DNA of 64,000 bases, from the NCBI GenBank assembly GCA_964016885.1, contig OZ024759.1, forward strand, positions 15,314,001 through 15,378,000. The letters run 5' to 3'. The stretch's first letter is position 1; each line of letters opens with the position of its first letter. A program made the position numbers and the translations under genes. Positions 56,291-64,000 of the stretch are shown here, in pieces. This stretch comes from Eledone cirrhosa (lineage: Eukaryota). The notes under the pieces were generated by a model. It was not told where the DNA came from. It saw only the letters and a list, made by a program, of their open reading frames with translations, and made no database searches.

Positions 56291-57019
56291 TTAAATGAGT
56301 CTAGCGGCCGAGTAGTAGTATATATATTAAGGCGTTTCAAAAGATTCCGTGAGAGGGTGAGAGCAGCGATTCTTTGCTTAAACTTTAATTTGTACATATA
56401 ATAAATATTTGCTCTATGGATTATATATATATATTTATATATAATCCTTATCGAGACCTCTTCCGATTCTAACTCTTCACATTTATTATTACTTTATATA
56501 TATCAACTCATTAGTTATGAGATGTTCGATTCCAAATTCAAAGTGCATAAATAAATGGAACATTTTATATCAATATATATGTATATATATGCAATAACTG
56601 ACCTTTTGCTTATTTAGAAGATTTCAGTGACAATGTTCCAAGTAATTTGATGATTATAAATATATATATTTTCGTTTACTTTCACCGGTTTCGGTAGTGT
56701 TTACAGCCTTTACAAAAAGATTTTCGTTCAATTCTTTCGAAAAATATTTTTCGTTTCTGATAACCTCTCGTGGTTGGCCGCTTATGTTTTTAATGAACAC
56801 AACTGCGGCAACTGGTTTTATCATTGCCGCTTATATGGAGGAGTATATGGTTCTGAATACAGAAACCTTCAAATAACAAAATAATATGTCCCGTAAACTA
56901 AATATTTTTAAGAAAGACATAAAATGAACACCAGATATGAAAATTGTGAACTGGAATCAATATATGTATATATACACACATGTTTATCTCTCTCTCCCCC
57001 TCCCCTCTCTCTCTCTCTC

Positions 57020-57117
<98 letters not shown>

Positions 57118-57128
57118 GTATATATATA

Positions 57129-57137
57129 CATGGATAT

Positions 57138-57177
<40 letters not shown>

Positions 57178-57183
57178 GGATAT

Positions 57184-57217
<34 letters not shown>

Positions 57218-57260
57218 GGATATGTTTATATATATATATATATATATACATGGATATGTT

Positions 57261-57317
<57 letters not shown>

Positions 57318-57324
57318 GGATATG

Positions 57325-57371
<47 letters not shown>

Positions 57372-57500
57372 GGATATGTTAATATATATATATATATATA
57401 TATATATGGATATGTTTATATATATATATATATATATGTTTATATATATATATATATATGGATATGTTTATATATATATATATATGGATATGTTTATATA

Positions 57501-57543
<43 letters not shown>

Positions 57544-57640
57544 ATATGTTTTTATATATATATATATATATATATGGATATGTTTATATGTTTATATATA
57601 TATATATATATGTGTTTATATATATATGGATATGTTTATA
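57129..57640. repeat. Minisatellite: ATGGATATGTT units separated by variable (TA)n
   Basis: Direct reading. Confidence 0.9.
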
Positions 57641-57849
57641 TATATATATATGTATGAACTCACACAGACAGTATATAGAGAAGCAAACAGAAAAGGGTTG
57701 GTTTAGAATTACGAGCGGTAGAAAACGACTAGCGCGAAAAGCATAAAGTCTACGAAAAGTATGGAAAATACATAATAATTAAAAAGGTAAATTAAAGTGT
57801 ACAGACCCACCTTTATAACAATAAAATACCTGGACAAACTCAAAGAAGA

Positions 57850-57905
57850 AAATGTTTCGCCATAAACAGTGTCTGAACCATAACATCTCATGGCTCCTCA
57901 GCAGA
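57850..57905 (-). ncRNA. HHR-like core
   Basis: CTGAGGA-GCCAT...ATGGC-GAAAC; stems I and III not convincing. Confidence 0.45.
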
Positions 57906-58452
57906 TGTAAAGACGATATGGTTGACACTAATAGAGAGACATTAGACAGCTCAAATATCCCACATGGTGAGAGAAGAGACGAAAACCTGCGCGCAAGACA
58001 ATACGTAGTGGCTTGAATGGATCAAAAACGTTAGAAATAGCAGCCTATAATAATTCAAATTAAAAAGCTCAGCTAACAAAGTTAGGAGCCAAAATATCAA
58101 ATGAAAAAACGGAATTAAGGATTCGCGGTAAACCCTTAACGCGAGTCTTTAACACCGTATTTTTATGTTATATATATACCATCATCCACTTTTCTCAAAA
58201 AAGTCATACACAAAACGCCAGCATCAACAGTTTTCCAAAAGATGTCAACATGAATGGACTTGTTATTTTTTATTTAAAGACATATTTGCCAATTCCAGCC
58301 CGCCCGTCCCTTCAATCTATCTTATTTCTAATACTTTCTTTTGATGAAGCACTAGCCTCCAAAACGTCAAGACCCTCTTCCTGCTATTCCAAGCGTTAAG
58401 CTAATATATTCCTTCCATATACTGTACCGACTGTGTTGTTATTTCAGTTTAC

Positions 58453-58510
<58 letters not shown>

Positions 58511-58593
58511 GCAAGAAAGTAAGTGTTGGTAAAATCCAGTACTTCAGTATGCGGATAGGAAGCACTCAACGAAGATATAAGTTCCGGATTATA

Positions 58594-58669
58594 ATAGTGA
58601 CGAAACATAAGTCAATTGCATGAACTCATAATCTTGGATTATGAGTTCATGCAATTGACTTATGTTTCG

Positions 58670-58676
<7 letters not shown>
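58594..58676. repeat. Perfect 40-bp-arm hairpin abutting (TA)n
   Basis: Arms 58594-58633/58637-58676. Confidence 0.9.
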
Positions 58677-58733
<57 letters not shown>

Positions 58734-58770
58734 TATATATATAATTATATATATATATATATATATATAA

Positions 58771-58841
<71 letters not shown>

Positions 58842-58914
58842 AATATATATATATAATTATATATATATATATATATAAATATATATATATAATTATATAT
58901 ATATATATATATAA

Positions 58915-58947
<33 letters not shown>

Positions 58948-58962
58948 AATATATATATATAC

Positions 58963-59065
<103 letters not shown>

Positions 59066-59098
59066 AAAATATATATATATATATATATATAAAAATAT

Positions 59099-59149
<51 letters not shown>

Positions 59150-59169
59150 ATTATATATATATATAAAAA

Positions 59170-59366
<197 letters not shown>

Positions 59367-59385
59367 GTATATATATAAATTATAT

Positions 59386-59454
<69 letters not shown>

Positions 59455-59455
59455 A

Positions 59456-59498
<43 letters not shown>

Positions 59499-59499
59499 T

Positions 59500-59530
<31 letters not shown>

Positions 59531-59551
59531 ATTATATATATATATAAAAAT

Positions 59552-59628
<77 letters not shown>

Positions 59629-59669
59629 AATATATATATAAATATAAATGTATATATATAAATATATAT

Positions 59670-60515
59670 ATAGAAAGATTTGAATGGATACAGTTTAGTT
59701 GAAAGGAATTTATTGACACGTGTTTCTATAACAGTTACATAACCTAAAACAGCTATCTACAAACTTTTAGTTATGCAGACATTCAATATTTCAATGTTAT
59801 TATTTACTGTCATTTCATCAGAATAATATTACTGAGGACCTATTTAGTTTTTATAGAGAATATTAGGAGGAAGGGGTGAAGTTGTTAGAAGAATAGTTGA
59901 AGGAGTGGTTTTTCGATAGCAGTGAGAATTCTTGGTGGCTGTGAGTAATTAGATTCCCATCTGTTGTTTTGACATTTTTTATAGAATATATTATTGGTTA
60001 TTTTTCTAAATCTATAGAAGGATTAGAGATAGTAAAGATATGCGTGGTTGGTTTTCTATAGATTTAGAAAAATAACCAATAATATATTCTATAAAAAATG
60101 TCAAAACAACAGATGGGAATCTAATTACTCACAGCCACCAAGAATTCTCACTGCTATCGAAAAACCACTCCTTTAACTATTCTTCTAACAACTTCACCCC
60201 TTCCTCCTAATATTCTCTATAAAAACTAAATAGGTCCTCAGTAATATTATTCTGATGAAATGACAGTAAATAATAACATTGAAATATTGAATGTCTGCAT
60301 AACTAAAAGTTTGTAGATAGCTGTTTTAGGTTATGTAACTGTTATAGAAACACGTGTCAATAAATTCCTTTCAACTAAACTGTATCCATTCAAATCTTTC
60401 TATTTTTCTCCGGATTACTTTTGGAACTACAACTAGAACCGTCGAGCAAACTCTACGTGAGCTGATAACCTACTGTGTGTAATATTTATATTACAACACA
60501 ACGGAAAATACTGTA
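59670..60515. mobile_element. Largest fold-back island (~350-bp arms plus tail) with an HHR core
   Basis: Inverted repeat 59670-60019/60054-60403; CTGATGA(60252)-AATG...CATT-GAAA(60281). Confidence 0.8.
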
Positions 60516-60538
60516 TAAATATATATATATATATATAA

Positions 60539-60610
<72 letters not shown>

Positions 60611-60950
60611 GTTTGTGTACGTATATGTATGCATACCTATACACATCTTTCACCATACAGCATATCCTTCTCTCAATATGTATGTGTGTATTTATGTGGT
60701 TCTGTATCTGTTTTTCACGAGTTCATCCTCAGTAATATATTCGTTAAATCGGCAACAACATAATTGCCGGTCTGGGATTACCTCCTAACAATGGCCACGA
60801 CACAAAGACATATATTTAGCTTATATCTGAAAGCTGTCACGTATTTACAGAAGATATTCATGAACGTCTTCGAAAACATTTTTAAACAAAGGAATACAAT
60901 AACGACTATTGACATTCTAAATTTGCCTATATATATATGTATGTGTGTGC

Positions 60951-61242
<292 letters not shown>

Positions 61243-61276
61243 GTATATATATGTATATATATATATATATATATAC

Positions 61277-61524
<248 letters not shown>

Positions 61525-61525
61525 G

Positions 61526-61712
<187 letters not shown>

Positions 61713-61807
61713 GTATATATATACATATATATATGTATATATATACATATATATATATATGTATATATATACATATATATATATATATATAGGTTTTAAT
61801 ATAGATG

Positions 61808-61858
61808 AGATTCTACAGGACTAGAACTGTTTCATTCTTTAGAAATCATCAGGAATCT
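61808..61858 (-). ncRNA. Complete type I hammerhead ribozyme motif (family D)
   Basis: AGATTC-CTGATGA-tTTCTaaAGAAt-GAAA-CAG ttctagtc CTG-TA-GAATCT. Confidence 0.75.
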
Positions 61859-61859
61859 G

Positions 61860-61998
<139 letters not shown>

Positions 61999-61999
61999 G

Positions 62000-62200
<201 letters not shown>

Positions 62201-62217
62201 GTATATATATACATATA

Positions 62218-62261
<44 letters not shown>

Positions 62262-62403
62262 CATATATATATATATGTATATATATACATATATATATGT
62301 ATATATATACATATATATATATATATATGTATATATATACATATATATATATATATATGTATATATATACATATATATATATATATACATATACACATAC
62401 ACG

Positions 62404-62435
<32 letters not shown>

Positions 62436-62451
62436 GTTTTTAATATAGATG

Positions 62452-62502
62452 AGATTCCACAGGACTAGAACTGTTTCATTCTTTAGAAATCATCAGGAAT
62501 CT
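62452..62502 (-). ncRNA. Second tandem family D hammerhead copy with a GUG cleavage triplet (likely inactive)
   Basis: Same as the 61808 copy except TTCCAC instead of TTCTAC. Confidence 0.65.
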
Positions 62503-62509
62503 GTATATG

Positions 62510-62670
<161 letters not shown>

Positions 62671-62773
62671 GTATATATATATATGTATATATATACATAT
62701 ATGTATATATATATATAGGTATACATATATATGTATACATATATATATATATGCATATATATATATGTATATA

Positions 62774-62896
<123 letters not shown>

Positions 62897-62897
62897 G

Positions 62898-62942
<45 letters not shown>

Positions 62943-62957
62943 GTATATCTATATATG

Positions 62958-63061
<104 letters not shown>

Positions 63062-63846
63062 GATATAGATATATGTGTGCATATATATATATACATATAG
63101 ATATATAGATATATACATATAGATATATGTATGGATATGTTTGTTTGCATGCGTTTATATATATGTATATATCTATATATATATATATGAAAAACAAGGG
63201 GAAGAAGAATACTGCATGGTTGCACATGGATTACATATTATAAAATTAGTCCCTCATCAGTGATTTTGCCAACCATCATTGGTATTTCATCGCATTAAAA
63301 ATCAAATACCTCAGGTTGGTGCGAGCAATAACCAAAATAAGATATTCGGACAAGTGAAACGCGTAAAGCGAGTGAGACAAGTAAACAACAGAAGGAAAAG
63401 CAAACTGAAGGTTGGAAAACAGCAAGCCACATGGTAGTTATCCGATCAGCATAATCTGGGTGAATTTCATGAGCGGTCAGAGAAGCAGACCGTACGCCGT
63501 GAGTGCGGTGTGAGAAAGAAGGAATCCCACTAGTAGCGAAAAGGAGGAAGTGAGAAGGGGAGAAACAGATATCTATATACATATATATATATATTTGTGT
63601 TGTCATTTACATATATATGTGTGTATATTTAAATTTTAAAAATAGTGGCATAAATACATTCATATATAGATACATACATACATACGTAAATATATATTTA
63701 TATTTATATATATATGTGAGTGTGTGTGTCTGTTCGTATATACAGACAAACATACATGTATATACATACATACATACATACAGGTATATAAATTTGTGTG
63801 GATGTGTGTCTGTATTTGTGCAGAGACAGTATATGATAAAGTTATA

Positions 63847-63884
<38 letters not shown>

Positions 63885-63885
<1 letters not shown>

Positions 63886-63918
63886 GTAGGTAGGTAGGTA
63901 GGTAGGTAGGTAGGTAGG

Positions 63919-63980
<62 letters not shown>

Positions 63981-63990
63981 TGTGTTTGTG
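63885..63990. repeat. (GGTA)n followed by (GT)n
   Basis: Direct reading. Confidence 0.95.
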
Positions 63991-64000
63991 CAGAGACAGT

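Noticed and set aside
57129-57640. CRISPR-like repeat/spacer pattern
   Set aside because: The spacers are only variable-length (TA)n

Overview
Very AT-rich, repeat-dominated eukaryotic DNA. The SINE families and huge (TA)n tracts suggest an octopod cephalopod (inference). I could not identify any intact host protein-coding gene; almost all listed ORFs are microsatellite translations. Recognisable content: the 3' end of an L1/Tx1-like LINE ORF2 (1-~1070), decayed RTE-like LINE pieces, a CRE-like endonuclease tail, an internally deleted mariner, mariner and hAT MITEs, a probable Helitron, and many tRNA-derived SINEs. The main signal is a set of short, mutually dissimilar islands embedded in (TA)n. 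They share one architecture: a long fold-back inverted repeat, a one-sided tail, and a type I hammerhead-ribozyme (HHR) motif (CUGANGA or the covarying UUGANAA core, then GAAA/GCAA, then NUH). Several fold completely by eye (4217-4278, 25223-25316, 31904-31941, 45463-45523, 61808-61858). I interpret them as minimal Penelope-like-element (PLE) or retrozyme-like insertions that target TA repeats. A second candidate is a possible spliced, polyadenylated non-coding transcript carrying a 117/118-bp hairpin-forming tandem array (20340-21715). Coordinates were read by eye and may be off by a few bases.
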